Source: Planctomycetota bacterium (GTDB taxonomy: Bacteria > Planctomycetota > B15-G4). From it: a stretch of 64,000 nt of DNA. The position numbers and the translations under genes were made by a program. The notes below the pieces were generated by a model. That model worked only from the letters and a program-made list of their open reading frames with translations, was not told where the DNA came from and did no database searches. The stretch is from NCBI GenBank assembly GCA_965248575.1, contig CBDFJQ010000002.1, positions 1,440,001-1,504,000 on the forward strand, given 5' to 3'. Below are positions 17,899 through 27,633 of the stretch, one piece after another. Each line of letters opens with the position of its first letter. Position 1 is the first letter of the stretch.

Positions 17899-20442
17899 AT
17901 GAAGATGACTCGGACCCGGATCCGCTGGACCCTCTCGCTTGTCTTGGCCGTGGTGGTGCCGCTCAGCGCCCCCGCCGTGGTCCATGCGCAGGACGACGAT
18001 GCGATGCAGTCCGAGCGGACACGCCGCGAGTTGATGGCGCAAAAGACCTACCTCCTGGTCGAGCACTACACCCAGAACGCCCGCGATCTGGAAGAGCGTC
18101 TCAACTTCGGCGCCGCAGAGGGCGAGCTCAAGAAGGCCCTGGCCCTCGACCCCACCAACCGCGTGGTCAGTCAGTACCTGCAGGAGATCCAGGCGCTGTT
18201 GGGTCACCCCGAGGCCGAGGCCGCGCTGCTGCGTCGCTCAGCTCGCGAGCGCTACGAGGCACAGCGCCAGCAGATGCGCACCCTGGCCATGACCGATCTG
18301 TCTGCCGGGCGTGAAGCCCTCGATTCAGGCGACTACGACACGGCCGTCAACCTGGCTCGTGCCGTGAACAACCAGATCGCCTGGACGGAAGGCGAGCTGG
18401 ATTGGGGCACCCTCCCCGCTGATGCACAGGGTTTCCTCGCACAGGCCGAGCAGGCCAAGAGTGCGCACGAGGCCGAGGTTCGTCAGACGCAGCGCGAAGA
18501 GACCTACAAGCGTCTGCGTGACGAAGAGGATCTCGACGTCCGACGCGAAGAGCAGCGCATCCAGAGTCTCATCATCGCCGCCACCACGGCTTTCGATCGG
18601 GGCGAGTACGACAGCGCCAGCCAACTGGCTCAGGGCATCCTGGACCTCGACCAGCACAACGTGCAGGGCAAGGCGATCCTGGAAGCCTCCCGCGATGCAT
18701 CCCGCGAGTACGCGGACCGCCTGTTCGTGCAACGTCGCCGGGAAGAGTTCAACCGCTGGCGCAACAACATGGAGCGGGTGCGCATCCCCCACACCGACAT
18801 CTTCACGGAGCCCTCGAAGGAGCACTGGGCGGAGATCACGCGCCTGCGCAGCCTTGATATCTCCTTGGGACTCGCGGCGCTCGACCCCGAGCGCGTCGCC
18901 CTGCTGGAGCGCATGCGCTCCGCCAAGATGGATGTGGAGTTCGACCAGAAGACGATCACCGAGGTCGCGAACAACATCTACTTCTCCACGGACGTGCCCG
19001 TCTCGGTGGATCCCGAGGTGGTGATCGAACTGGACGACAGCGGTGAGACGGTCGACCTGACCGGCCTCCGCAACCTCAGCGTCGAGGAAGTGCTCAACAT
19101 CATCACCGATCAGGTGGGCACCGACCTGGCCTGGACCGTGCGCAACGGTCGCGCCTACATCACGCTCAAGGAAAAGGCTGCTGGCGAGCCCGTCGTGCGG
19201 GTGCACCCCATCCAGGACCTGACCTTCAAGATCACGGACTTCAAGGGCACCAACATCCGCGAGATCGCCCTGCCCGGCGAAGCGGGTGACGACAACGAGA
19301 CCACCATCTTCAACTCGGAGCTGGAGCAGGTCACCTTGATCGACCCCGAAGAGGTCTTGAACCTCGTGCGCGAGAACATCGCCACCGAGGACTGGGACCT
19401 TTCCGACGCCTACAACATCGACTTCGTGGACAACAACAACCTGTTGGTGATCCACACTCCCGAAGTGCAGGCCCAGGTCGCGAGCTTCCTGAACGACCTC
19501 CGCGCGTTCTCCACCAGCATGGTGACGCTCGAGTCGCGCTTCTTCAGCATCACTGACTCCTTCATCGAAGAGATCGGCACGGACCTTCGGGGCTTGGACG
19601 CCGACGGGCCGTTCTCCGAGTTCTACGACCTCAACTCCTCGGCTGTCACCGGCAACCCGACGCAGGGTCTGGACAACCTGGGCGACGGCAACAGCAACCC
19701 CAACGCGGGTGCCTTCTTCGAGGATGGCGGCGACCAGATCTACGGGCTGGCGTCTGAGAACTTCTTCGCCAACCCGCTCGGTTCGCTGCTCTCAACGGTG
19801 GGCGGCGGCGCCTTCCAGTTCACGATTCTTGACGACACATCCGTGAACATCGTCATGAATCTGGTGAGCAAGAGCGAGAACGCGACCGAGATCAGCGCGC
19901 CCATCGTCTCGGTCTACAACACGCAACGTGCCTTCGTGACGGTGGTCAACCAGGTGTCCTTCGTCCAGGGCTTCGAGGTGGACGTGGCCACGGCAGCCTT
20001 CATCGCTGACCCGGTCATCGGCGTCGCGCAGGAGGGCATCGTGCTCGACGTGCGGCCTACCATCAGCTACGACCGCAAGTACGTCGCTCTCGACGTGCAG
20101 ACCACCGTGGCCGAGCTGGAGCGCCCCTTCCGGACCGTTACCACGCTGTTGGGTCCGAACGGTTCGCCCGTGACCTTCGCCATTCCCGTGCTCAACGTGC
20201 AGGACGCCCAGACCACCGTGGTGGTTCCTGACGGCGGCGCGGTCGTGCTCGGCGGCTTCAAGCACGTGCGCTACAAGAACCGCACCGCTGAGTCTCCTTG
20301 GTTCTCCGACATCCCCGTGCTCGGGTTCTTCTTCCGCGAAAAGGGCCTGGCCGACGAGGTCACGGACCTGATCATCGTCATCCGCGCGAAGATCACCGAT
20401 TTCGGATACCTGCGCGACGAGGGCCAAACGGCCTCTCGCTGA
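17899..20442 (+). CDS. Second secretin (GspD/PilQ superfamily) with N-terminal TPR/coiled region
   Basis: GGAG then ATG 17899; Sec signal ending VVHA-QDDD; ALALDPTN TPR; VASFLNDLR...VTLESRFF; GIVLDVRP, VPDGGAVVLGG, PWFSDIPVLGFFF, LIIVIRAKI. Confidence 0.9.
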   Translation: MKMTRTRIRWTLSLVLAVVVPLSAPAVVHAQDDDAMQSERTRRELMAQKTYLLVEHYTQNARDLEERLNFGAAEGELKKALALDPTNRVVSQYLQEIQALLGHPEAEAALLRRSARERYEAQRQQMRTLAMTDLSAGREALDSGDYDTAVNLARAVNNQIAWTEGELDWGTLPADAQGFLAQAEQAKSAHEAEVRQTQREETYKRLRDEEDLDVRREEQRIQSLIIAATTAFDRGEYDSASQLAQGILDLDQHNVQGKAILEASRDASREYADRLFVQRRREEFNRWRNNMERVRIPHTDIFTEPSKEHWAEITRLRSLDISLGLAALDPERVALLERMRSAKMDVEFDQKTITEVANNIYFSTDVPVSVDPEVVIELDDSGETVDLTGLRNLSVEEVLNIITDQVGTDLAWTVRNGRAYITLKEKAAGEPVVRVHPIQDLTFKITDFKGTNIREIALPGEAGDDNETTIFNSELEQVTLIDPEEVLNLVRENIATEDWDLSDAYNIDFVDNNNLLVIHTPEVQAQVASFLNDLRAFSTSMVTLESRFFSITDSFIEEIGTDLRGLDADGPFSEFYDLNSSAVTGNPTQGLDNLGDGNSNPNAGAFFEDGGDQIYGLASENFFANPLGSLLSTVGGGAFQFTILDDTSVNIVMNLVSKSENATEISAPIVSVYNTQRAFVTVVNQVSFVQGFEVDVATAAFIADPVIGVAQEGIVLDVRPTISYDRKYVALDVQTTVAELERPFRTVTTLLGPNGSPVTFAIPVLNVQDAQTTVVVPDGGAVVLGGFKHVRYKNRTAESPWFSDIPVLGFFFREKGLADEVTDLIIVIRAKITDFGYLRDEGQTASR

Positions 20443-20446
20443 GCCC

Positions 20447-21178
20447 GTGGCACGCCGCCTCTCCGCGATCTACTTCGACGTCGACGACACGCTGTACTCG
20501 ACCACCGAGTTCGCGAGTCGAGCACGCCAGAACGCCGTCTCGGCCATGGTCCAGCAAGGCCTGCGGCTCCCGGTCGACGTGGTTCGCCGCGAGCTCGATG
20601 AAGTCATCGCCGAGTTCACGAGCAACTACCCCAACCACTTCGACAAGCTCCTGGCACGGCTCCCTCGCAAGGCTTGGGCCAGCACGAATCGCGGTCTCAT
20701 CATCGCCGCGGGCATCATGGGCTACCACGCCACGAAGCAGGAGCTGCAGCCCTTCGACGACGTGCTCCCCTTCTTCCAGCTCGTCACCGAGAGCACGAAT
20801 TTGCCCCTGGGCATCGTGACACACGGGCTCGAGATCAAGCAGGCAGAGAAGCTCCTGCTCCTGGGTGTCGTGCCGTACCTGCACCCCGAAGCCGTGGTCA
20901 TCAGCGATCAGGAGGGCATCAGCAAGCCCAACCCCAAGCTCTACCTGCGCGCCTGCGCGCGCCTCGGACTGGACCCGAGTGAGGTCATGTATTGCGGCGA
21001 CAACCCCGCCCATGACATCGACCCCGCCCACGCCCTGGGCATGGTCACCGTCAGGGTGCGAAGGGACAACCGCTTCGCCCAGATGGAGAGCGAGGCGCCC
21101 GCAGACTACGACGTCTCCTCCTTTGACGAGCTCGTCCCCAAGTTGCGCGAAGACTTCGAGTTGATGGTCGGCCCGTGA
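20447..21178 (+). CDS. HAD-superfamily hydrolase (subfamily IA)
   Basis: Motif I FDVDDTLY, motif II IVT, motif III KPNP, motif IV GDNPAHDI. Confidence 0.92.
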   Translation: MARRLSAIYFDVDDTLYSTTEFASRARQNAVSAMVQQGLRLPVDVVRRELDEVIAEFTSNYPNHFDKLLARLPRKAWASTNRGLIIAAGIMGYHATKQELQPFDDVLPFFQLVTESTNLPLGIVTHGLEIKQAEKLLLLGVVPYLHPEAVVISDQEGISKPNPKLYLRACARLGLDPSEVMYCGDNPAHDIDPAHALGMVTVRVRRDNRFAQMESEAPADYDVSSFDELVPKLREDFELMVGP

Positions 21179-21224
21179 TTCGGCCGTCTGCGGGCTCCCG
21201 AATGGGCTCGCCCGGGGGCCTCGC

Positions 21225-22865
21225 GTGAGCCGCGAGCGTGGAAGACTGCTGGTCGCAGCGATCCTGGCAGCAGCCCTGATCTTCACGGTCGCGGTGCTGG
21301 GTCGTCGTCCACCGTCACCTCGGGCAGACTTCGCCTTCTGCAATCAAGCCGACCCGTCCTCCCTCGACCCTGCCGTCGCCACCGGCGTACCGGATGCGCG
21401 CATCTTGCGGGCCCTGCTCGAAGGCCTCACCCGCCAGGACCCTGCCACCAACGCTCCACTGCCTGCCGCAGCCGAACGCTGGAGCACCAGCCCGGACGGG
21501 CTGGAGTGGCGCTTCTTCATGCGCAAGGAGGCGCTCTGGAGCAACGGTGACCCGGTCACCGCCCACGACTTCGTGTACAGCCTGCGCCGCGTGCTGGACC
21601 CGGCGACTGCCTCCCGCTACGCCTACCTGCTGTGGAGCATCCAGGGAGCCAGGGCTCTCACGGAAGGCCGGGCACCGGAAAGCTCTCCGAGCTTGGGTCT
21701 GGAAGCCGTGTCCGACCACGAACTGCTCATCCGGCTGGAGCGCCCGACCCCCTATCTAGCCTCCCTGCTGTCGTATCACACCTTCGCCGCCGTCCATCAG
21801 CCCACGCTGGAGAAGCACGGTACCTCCTGGATGAAACCCGATCGGCTCGTGGGCAACGGCCCGTTCATCATGACCGAGCGGCGTCTTCGCGACCGCATCC
21901 GCCTGGAGCGGTCCGACACCTACTGGGGCCGCGACGAGGTGGGCTTGCAGTCGGTGGTGGCCTACTCAGCGAGCGGCATCACGACCCAGCTGAACATGTA
22001 TCTCCTAGGTGAGGTGGACTGGATGATCAAACCGCCACCTGGGCTCTACAGCTCCCTCAGCGAGCGGGATGACCTGCTGGTGGGCGGCCAGCTCGGCTGC
22101 ACGTTCATGCGCTTCAACACGTGGGGTGGCGCGTTCAAGAACACAGCTGAAGACTCCCCTTTCCGTGACCTGCGGGTACGCACCGCGCTGATGCTCGCCC
22201 TGGACCGGAAGGCGCTGGCTCGGGATGTCATGCGCGGTGGGCAGGAGCCCCTGGATTCCTTCGTCCCCGCTGGGCTGCCCGGCTACGAGCCCGCACTCCT
22301 GCCCCAACCGAACCTGCAACGCGCACGTGAGCTCCTGGCCGAGGCCGGCTATCCCAACGGCGAGGGGTTTCCCAAGTTCTCGATCCTCTACCCACACAAT
22401 GAAACCACCAGGGACTTCTGCGAGGCCGTGGCGACGCGCTGGCGACGCAGCCTGGGGCTCGAATCGGAGTTGGTGAACCAGGTCTTCGGGGTGTACATCG
22501 ACAGCACCCAAGCAGGCCTGTTCGACGTGGCCTGGGGAGCATGGATCGGTGACTACCTGGATCCGAGCACGTTCCTCGAGGTCTTCCTGAGCGAGAGTGG
22601 AAACAACCGCACCGGCTGGGCCAGCGAGGCCTACGACGCCCTGGTCCAGGAGGCCGGCGGGGACACCGACCCAGCTCGCCGCGCCCGCCTCTACCGGGAA
22701 GCAGAAGCGCTGCTCCTGAAGGATGTGCCCATCGCTCCCATCTACCAGCGCGTGAACATCAACCTGGTGTCACCGCGCATCGAGGGCTTCTACGACAATC
22801 TGCTGGATTCGCATCCGCTGCGTGACATCTCGTTGCGTGAGACGCGCGGGAACGACCGGCGTTGA
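21225..22865 (+). CDS. oppA: Peptide ABC transporter substrate-binding protein (OppA-like)
   Basis: SLDPA, EGL, AERWSTSPDGLEWRF, WSNGDPVTAHDFVYS, GNGPF and WIGDYLDPSTFL motifs. Confidence 0.93.
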   Translation: MSRERGRLLVAAILAAALIFTVAVLGRRPPSPRADFAFCNQADPSSLDPAVATGVPDARILRALLEGLTRQDPATNAPLPAAAERWSTSPDGLEWRFFMRKEALWSNGDPVTAHDFVYSLRRVLDPATASRYAYLLWSIQGARALTEGRAPESSPSLGLEAVSDHELLIRLERPTPYLASLLSYHTFAAVHQPTLEKHGTSWMKPDRLVGNGPFIMTERRLRDRIRLERSDTYWGRDEVGLQSVVAYSASGITTQLNMYLLGEVDWMIKPPPGLYSSLSERDDLLVGGQLGCTFMRFNTWGGAFKNTAEDSPFRDLRVRTALMLALDRKALARDVMRGGQEPLDSFVPAGLPGYEPALLPQPNLQRARELLAEAGYPNGEGFPKFSILYPHNETTRDFCEAVATRWRRSLGLESELVNQVFGVYIDSTQAGLFDVAWGAWIGDYLDPSTFLEVFLSESGNNRTGWASEAYDALVQEAGGDTDPARRARLYREAEALLLKDVPIAPIYQRVNINLVSPRIEGFYDNLLDSHPLRDISLRETRGNDRR

Positions 22866-23791
22866 AGAGCCTGACGCACCTCCTGCTGCGCGCCCTGGGC
22901 ATCGTGGGCATCGTGCTCGTTGTCGTCAGCGTGTGTTTCGTGCTGATGCATGCGGTCCCCGGCGGCCCCTTCGACGACGGTCGGGACATGGACCCGAGCA
23001 TCAAGGCCAACCTTCTCGCGCGCTACGATCTGGATGCTCCGCTGCCCGAGCAATACGTGCGCTACTTGAGCAACGTCTTCCTGCACCTCGACCTCGGCCC
23101 ATCACTGAAACTCCGCGACTACTCAGTCAACGAGGTGATCGCCGAGAGCTTTCCGGTGTCCATGGTCTTGGGCCTCTACGCCATGCTCTTCGCCCTGGCC
23201 TTCGGCCTCCTGGCAGGCGCCCTTGCTGCCGCGCGGCGCGGCACCTGGGTCGACACCTTCGTCATGGGCGCTGCCACCTTCGGCATCTCGCTGCCCAACT
23301 TCGTCGTGGCTGGCATGCTCGTGCTGCTGTTCGTCTTCCAGTGGCGCCTATTCCCCTTGGCAGGTTTGGATTCAGTAGCCCACCTGGTGTTGCCCTCCAT
23401 CGCCCTGGGGCTGCCCTTCGCCGCGTCCATTGCGCGCCTCTTCCGTACCGGCTTGTTGGAGGTGCTGGGTGAAGATTGGATCCGCACCGCACGCAGCAAG
23501 GGCCTCTCGGGCCGAGCCGTCTTGTGGAAGCACGCTGCCCAACCCGCACTCTTGCCCGTGGTGAGCTTTCTCGGCCCCGCCTTGGCCGGCATCCTCTCGG
23601 GCTCGCTCGTGGTGGAGCAGATCTTCGCCATCCCAGGTATGGGCAGCCACTTCGTCGACTCCGCACTGAACGCCGACTACTACCTCGCCTCCGGCGTGGT
23701 CATCCTCTACACGGTGCTCGTGTCCAGCGCGAACCTGGTGGTGGACCTGCTCTACGCCCTGCTCGACCCGCGGATCGGGGACGCGCCATGA
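22862..23791 (+). CDS. oppB: Peptide ABC transporter permease (OppB-like)
   Basis: VPGGPFD, DLGPSL, IRTARSKGL (EAA loop), GSLVVEQIFAIPGMG and LYALLDPRI motifs. Confidence 0.94.
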   Translation: MKSLTHLLLRALGIVGIVLVVVSVCFVLMHAVPGGPFDDGRDMDPSIKANLLARYDLDAPLPEQYVRYLSNVFLHLDLGPSLKLRDYSVNEVIAESFPVSMVLGLYAMLFALAFGLLAGALAAARRGTWVDTFVMGAATFGISLPNFVVAGMLVLLFVFQWRLFPLAGLDSVAHLVLPSIALGLPFAASIARLFRTGLLEVLGEDWIRTARSKGLSGRAVLWKHAAQPALLPVVSFLGPALAGILSGSLVVEQIFAIPGMGSHFVDSALNADYYLASGVVILYTVLVSSANLVVDLLYALLDPRIGDAP

Positions 23792-24786
23792 GCAACGGGA
23801 CCTCCTCACGGCGAGGCGTCTGGCAGCGCCTCGTCGCGCGGCCAGGAACTCGACCCGCCCTCTGGATCCTGGGTACGGTGGTCTTGGCCGTCCTGGCGGC
23901 TCCTTGCCTCCCCTTGCCAGCCCCATCCGAAATGTCTCCCGAGCTGGCCAACCATGGCCCCGCCGGGCACTGGGGCGTAGCCAGCGAGATCAGCCTCCAC
24001 GAGCTGGCCGCCGCGCACCCCTGGGCGGCAGGCATCCGCGGCGCCGTCTTTGGCGACTCCGAATTCGCTGGCGTGTTCGGCACGGATGATCTGGGTCGGG
24101 ACCTCTTGTCCCGCATCCTGTGGGGCGGCCGCGTCTCACTCATGGTGGGCCTCCTGGCGACCCTCGTCTCGGCCCTGCTCGGCGTGGGTTGGGGGGTCAT
24201 CGCTGGCTATGTGGGCGGCCGCATCGACCAGCTCATGATGCGCCTCGTCGACGTGCTCTATTCCATCCCATTCCTGTTCGTGGTGATCCTGTTGATCGCC
24301 GTCCTCCGGGATGACGAACTCGCCAGCGCCATGCGGGCGCTCGGGCTCGACCGGCTTTCCGTGCTCTACCTCGTCATCGGCGGCATCAGCTGGTTGACCA
24401 TGGCTCGTATCGTGCGTGGCCAGGTGCTGGCTCTGCGCCGTGCACCCTTCGTCGATGCAGCCCACGCCCTGGGCGCCCGGGGAGGGCGCATCATCACTCG
24501 ACACATTCTCCCAAACCTCTGGGGCATCATCGTCGTCTACCTCACCTTGACGGTCCCGCGGGTGATGCTCTTCGAGGCGTTCCTGAGCTTCCTGGGCCTC
24601 GGGGTGGAGCCACCAGGGGTCTCCTGGGGAATCCTCGCCAGCGAGGGCCTGGAGAGCCTGACGGTGCTCGGAGTCAGCTGGTGGCTGGTGGCCTTCCCAG
24701 GCCTCGCGCTGGCGATCACGTTGGGAACGCTGAACAGTCTGGGCGACGCGCTGAGGGATGCGCTCGACCCACGACTCACGCGCTGA
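23788..24786 (+). CDS. oppC: Peptide ABC transporter permease (OppC-like)
   Basis: [30 protein letters not shown] and [11 protein letters not shown] motifs; ATGA overlap with oppB. Confidence 0.94.
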   Translation: MSNGTSSRRGVWQRLVARPGTRPALWILGTVVLAVLAAPCLPLPAPSEMSPELANHGPAGHWGVASEISLHELAAAHPWAAGIRGAVFGDSEFAGVFGTDDLGRDLLSRILWGGRVSLMVGLLATLVSALLGVGWGVIAGYVGGRIDQLMMRLVDVLYSIPFLFVVILLIAVLRDDELASAMRALGLDRLSVLYLVIGGISWLTMARIVRGQVLALRRAPFVDAAHALGARGGRIITRHILPNLWGIIVVYLTLTVPRVMLFEAFLSFLGLGVEPPGVSWGILASEGLESLTVLGVSWWLVAFPGLALAITLGTLNSLGDALRDALDPRLTR

Positions 24787-24814
24787 GCCCCTCCCGATCG
24801 GTATCCTCGGGGTC

Positions 24815-25459
24815 GTGATGCCGCTACCCGCACAGTCCTCACGCCCGCGTCCCGGTAGGCGCTGGAGCCGCGCCGGAATCCGGCTGCTTGCAGCATGGCT
24901 GGTGTGTGCACAGCTCCTGGCCTGTGGACTCATCTCCAGCAACCCCATCGACCTGGATCAAGCCGCAGCGGCCTCATCGCTCGCCTTCATCGTCAACACC
25001 GATGGGCGCACGGATCGCGTCCAGTACCAGATCGACCCTGAAGCCGTTCCAGCCCCGGCCAAGGCAGCCATGGACCGCCTCCATCCGGGTTCGCCCTACA
25101 CGGCTGCAAAATTCGAAACCGACGGGCAGCAAAAGCTCTACCGCCTGTGGCGCACGGTGAACCACCTGGAGGTGTCCGCCGCCTTCAGGGCCGACGGCAC
25201 CCTGCTCAGCGAAGAGATGGAGATCCCGGTCGAGAAGACCCCTTCGCCCGTGCTCGAGACCATCACGGAGCGCTTCCCGAATGCCACGGACCCGCGCTAC
25301 AGCGAGGTCCGCGACGTCAACCGGACCATCCGTTCCTATCACGTCCGCCTGCGCCTCGACGAGCGCCAGTACAAGCTGCAGCTCTATCCGAACGGCGTAC
25401 TCATCAACACGCGGATCCTCGTGAACGCCCAGGTCGAGGTGCCGGTCGAGCTCTTCTAG
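24815..25459 (+). CDS. Putative lipoprotein with two PepSY/BLIP-like repeats
   Basis: Lipobox-like LLAC-G; two internal repeats (VPAPAKAAMDRLHPG...FRADGTLL; TPSPVLETITERFPN...LYPNGVLI). Start GTG 24815 or ATG 24818. Confidence 0.65.
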   Translation: MMPLPAQSSRPRPGRRWSRAGIRLLAAWLVCAQLLACGLISSNPIDLDQAAAASSLAFIVNTDGRTDRVQYQIDPEAVPAPAKAAMDRLHPGSPYTAAKFETDGQQKLYRLWRTVNHLEVSAAFRADGTLLSEEMEIPVEKTPSPVLETITERFPNATDPRYSEVRDVNRTIRSYHVRLRLDERQYKLQLYPNGVLINTRILVNAQVEVPVELF

Positions 25460-25470
25460 CGGCGGCGCGC

Positions 25471-26493
25471 TCAGTCCTCGAGATGGCAGGAGAAGCTGTG
25501 CCCCCGACCTGCATCTCGCAGAGGTGGCTCTTCGCTGCGGCACACGTCCATGACGGCAGGGCAGCGCGTATGGAAGGCGCAGCCAGAGGGCGGGTTCAGC
25601 GGCGAAGGCACATCACCCTGCAACACGACGCGCTCGGAGCGCCGCTTCGGATCCGCACGAGGCACCGCCGACAACAAGGCCTTGGTGTACGGGTGCGAGG
25701 GCTTGTCGAACAACTTGATCGTGGGCGCCTGTTCCACGATCTTGCCGAGATACATGACCGCCACGCGATCGGCGATGTGCCGCACGACCGACAGATCGTG
25801 GGCGATGAACAGGTAGCTCAGACCCATCTCGTCACGGAGGTCCATGAGCAGATTGATGATCTGGGCTTGGATCGAGACGTCCAGAGCGGACACCGCCTCA
25901 TCGCACACGATGAAGCGTGGCGACAGACTCAGAGCCCGGGCGATACCGATGCGCTGCCGTTGCCCACCGCTAAACTCATGCGGATACCGGTTCACGAAGC
26001 TCGGGTCGAGGCGCACTCGATCCAGGAGCTCGCCCACTTTCTGCTCGAGGGCAACGCGGCTGGTGACGAGTTTGTGCACCTTCAGACCTTCACCAACGAT
26101 GTCCGACACGGACATGCGAGGGTTCAGGGAGGCGTAGGGATCCTGGAAGATGATCTGCATGTGCCGGCGCATCTGGCGCATCTGCGACGACGAGGCGGCG
26201 CGCACATCCTGCCCCTCGAAGGTGATCTCGCCCGCCGTCGGCTCGATCAACCGCAACGCCGAGCGACCTGCTGTGGTCTTGCCACAGCCCGACTCACCCA
26301 CCAGGCCGACCGTCTCACCTTCGTCCACATGGAAGCTTATGTCGTCGACCGCCTTCACCTGCCCCACGACGCGCGCCAACAAGCCCTTGCGCACGGGGAA
26401 GTACTTCTTGAGGCCGCGCACATCCAGCAGCACGCGTGACGACGCCGAGTCGGCCGAGCCCTTCTCCGAAGCCTGAAGACCTTGTGTACTCAT
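25471..26493 (-). CDS. oppF: Peptide ABC transporter ATPase (OppF/AppF-like)
   Basis: Walker [10 protein letters not shown], signature [18 protein letters not shown]-terminal [10 protein letters not shown]...CH. Confidence 0.95.
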   Translation of the reverse strand: MSTQGLQASEKGSADSASSRVLLDVRGLKKYFPVRKGLLARVVGQVKAVDDISFHVDEGETVGLVGESGCGKTTAGRSALRLIEPTAGEITFEGQDVRAASSSQMRQMRRHMQIIFQDPYASLNPRMSVSDIVGEGLKVHKLVTSRVALEQKVGELLDRVRLDPSFVNRYPHEFSGGQRQRIGIARALSLSPRFIVCDEAVSALDVSIQAQIINLLMDLRDEMGLSYLFIAHDLSVVRHIADRVAVMYLGKIVEQAPTIKLFDKPSHPYTKALLSAVPRADPKRRSERVVLQGDVPSPLNPPSGCAFHTRCPAVMDVCRSEEPPLRDAGRGHSFSCHLED

Positions 26494-27626
26494 GAGCCCT
26501 CGCTCCTCATCTCCTCATCAGTCACCGGCGCGTGGCAAGCCAACAGGTGCCCCTGCCCCACATCCACCAGGGGAGGCTCCTCTTCAGCACAGCGCTCATG
26601 AGCCTTGAAGCACCGATCCCGAAACTTGCAGCCGCTCGGAAAGTTGAGCGGGTTGGGAACCGTGCCGGGGATCTCCCGCAGACGCTCATCGCCGTCTGCA
26701 TGCATCTCAGGCAGCGACTGAAACAGGCCGAAGGTGTACGGGTGACGTGGCCGTGCAAACAGCTTCTCCGTGGTGGAGTACTCCACCACCTTGCTGGCAT
26801 ACATGACCGCCACGTGGTCGCTCATCTCAGCCACCACACCGAGGTCGTGGGTGATGAGCAGGATCGACATGCCGAGCTCGCGCTGCATGCCGGCCAGCAG
26901 GTCGAGGATCTGGGCCTGGATGGTGACATCCAAGGCCGTGGTCGGCTCATCGGCGATCAACAGGGCGGGGTCGCAGGCCAGGGCCATGGCAATCATGACG
27001 CGTTGCTTCATGCCGCCCGACATCTGGTGAGGATACTCATCCACGCGCGACTCGGGCGAAGGGATGCCGACCTTGGTCAACATCTCGATGGACGCCGCAC
27101 GCGCCTCGGCGGGTGACATGCCGCGATGCAGTTCGAGGGCTTCGCCGATCTGGTTGCCCACCGTGAACACGGGGTTCAGCGATGTCATGGGCTCCTGGAA
27201 GATCATGGCGATGTCATTGCCACGCACCTTGCGCATCTGCGCCTCGCTGAGCTCCAGCAAGTTGCGACCGTTGAAATTGATCTGCCCTCCGGCGTAGCGC
27301 GCCGGCGGCTTGGGCAACAACTGCAGGATGCTCATGGCCGTGACGCTCTTGCCGCAACCGGACTCACCCACCACTCCCAGGGTCTCACCGCGCTGAATGA
27401 CGTAGTTCACACCGTCGACAGCCTTGACCGTGCCCTCCTCGGTGTCGAACCAGGTTCGCAGATCGCGAATCTCCAGCAGGACGTCACCCTGGTCTGCCTC
27501 GACCGAGGCGTCCGCTGCTGTCCTGTCCTGCGGCGCGCGAGAACCTGGTCCCTTTGGTGGTTCCACAGGGGCGTTGCTCATGCTGTTGCCGTCCGTGCTG
27601 TTGCCGTCCGTGCTGTGGCCGTCCAT
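26490..27626 (-). CDS. oppD: Peptide ABC transporter ATPase (OppD/DppD-like)
   Basis: [47 protein letters not shown]; alternative start at 27581. Confidence 0.95.
   Translation of the reverse strand: MDGHSTDGNSTDGNSMSNAPVEPPKGPGSRAPQDRTAADASVEADQGDVLLEIRDLRTWFDTEEGTVKAVDGVNYVIQRGETLGVVGESGCGKSVTAMSILQLLPKPPARYAGGQINFNGRNLLELSEAQMRKVRGNDIAMIFQEPMTSLNPVFTVGNQIGEALELHRGMSPAEARAASIEMLTKVGIPSPESRVDEYPHQMSGGMKQRVMIAMALACDPALLIADEPTTALDVTIQAQILDLLAGMQRELGMSILLITHDLGVVAEMSDHVAVMYASKVVEYSTTEKLFARPRHPYTFGLFQSLPEMHADGDERLREIPGTVPNPLNFPSGCKFRDRCFKAHERCAEEEPPLVDVGQGHLLACHAPVTDEEMRSEGS
27581..27625. repeat. 15-bp tandem repeat, three copies
   Basis: TGCTGTTGCCGTCCG twice, then TGCTGTGGCCGTCCA; encodes [15 protein letters not shown] at the OppD N-terminus. 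Confidence 0.9.
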
Positions 27627-27633
27627 GGGCGCC

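Noticed and set aside
5519..20442. Calling the locus a canonical T2SS, type IV pilus or Tol-Pal system
   Set aside because: The ATPase, platform protein, pilins, TolA, TolB and Pal are all missing from the window.
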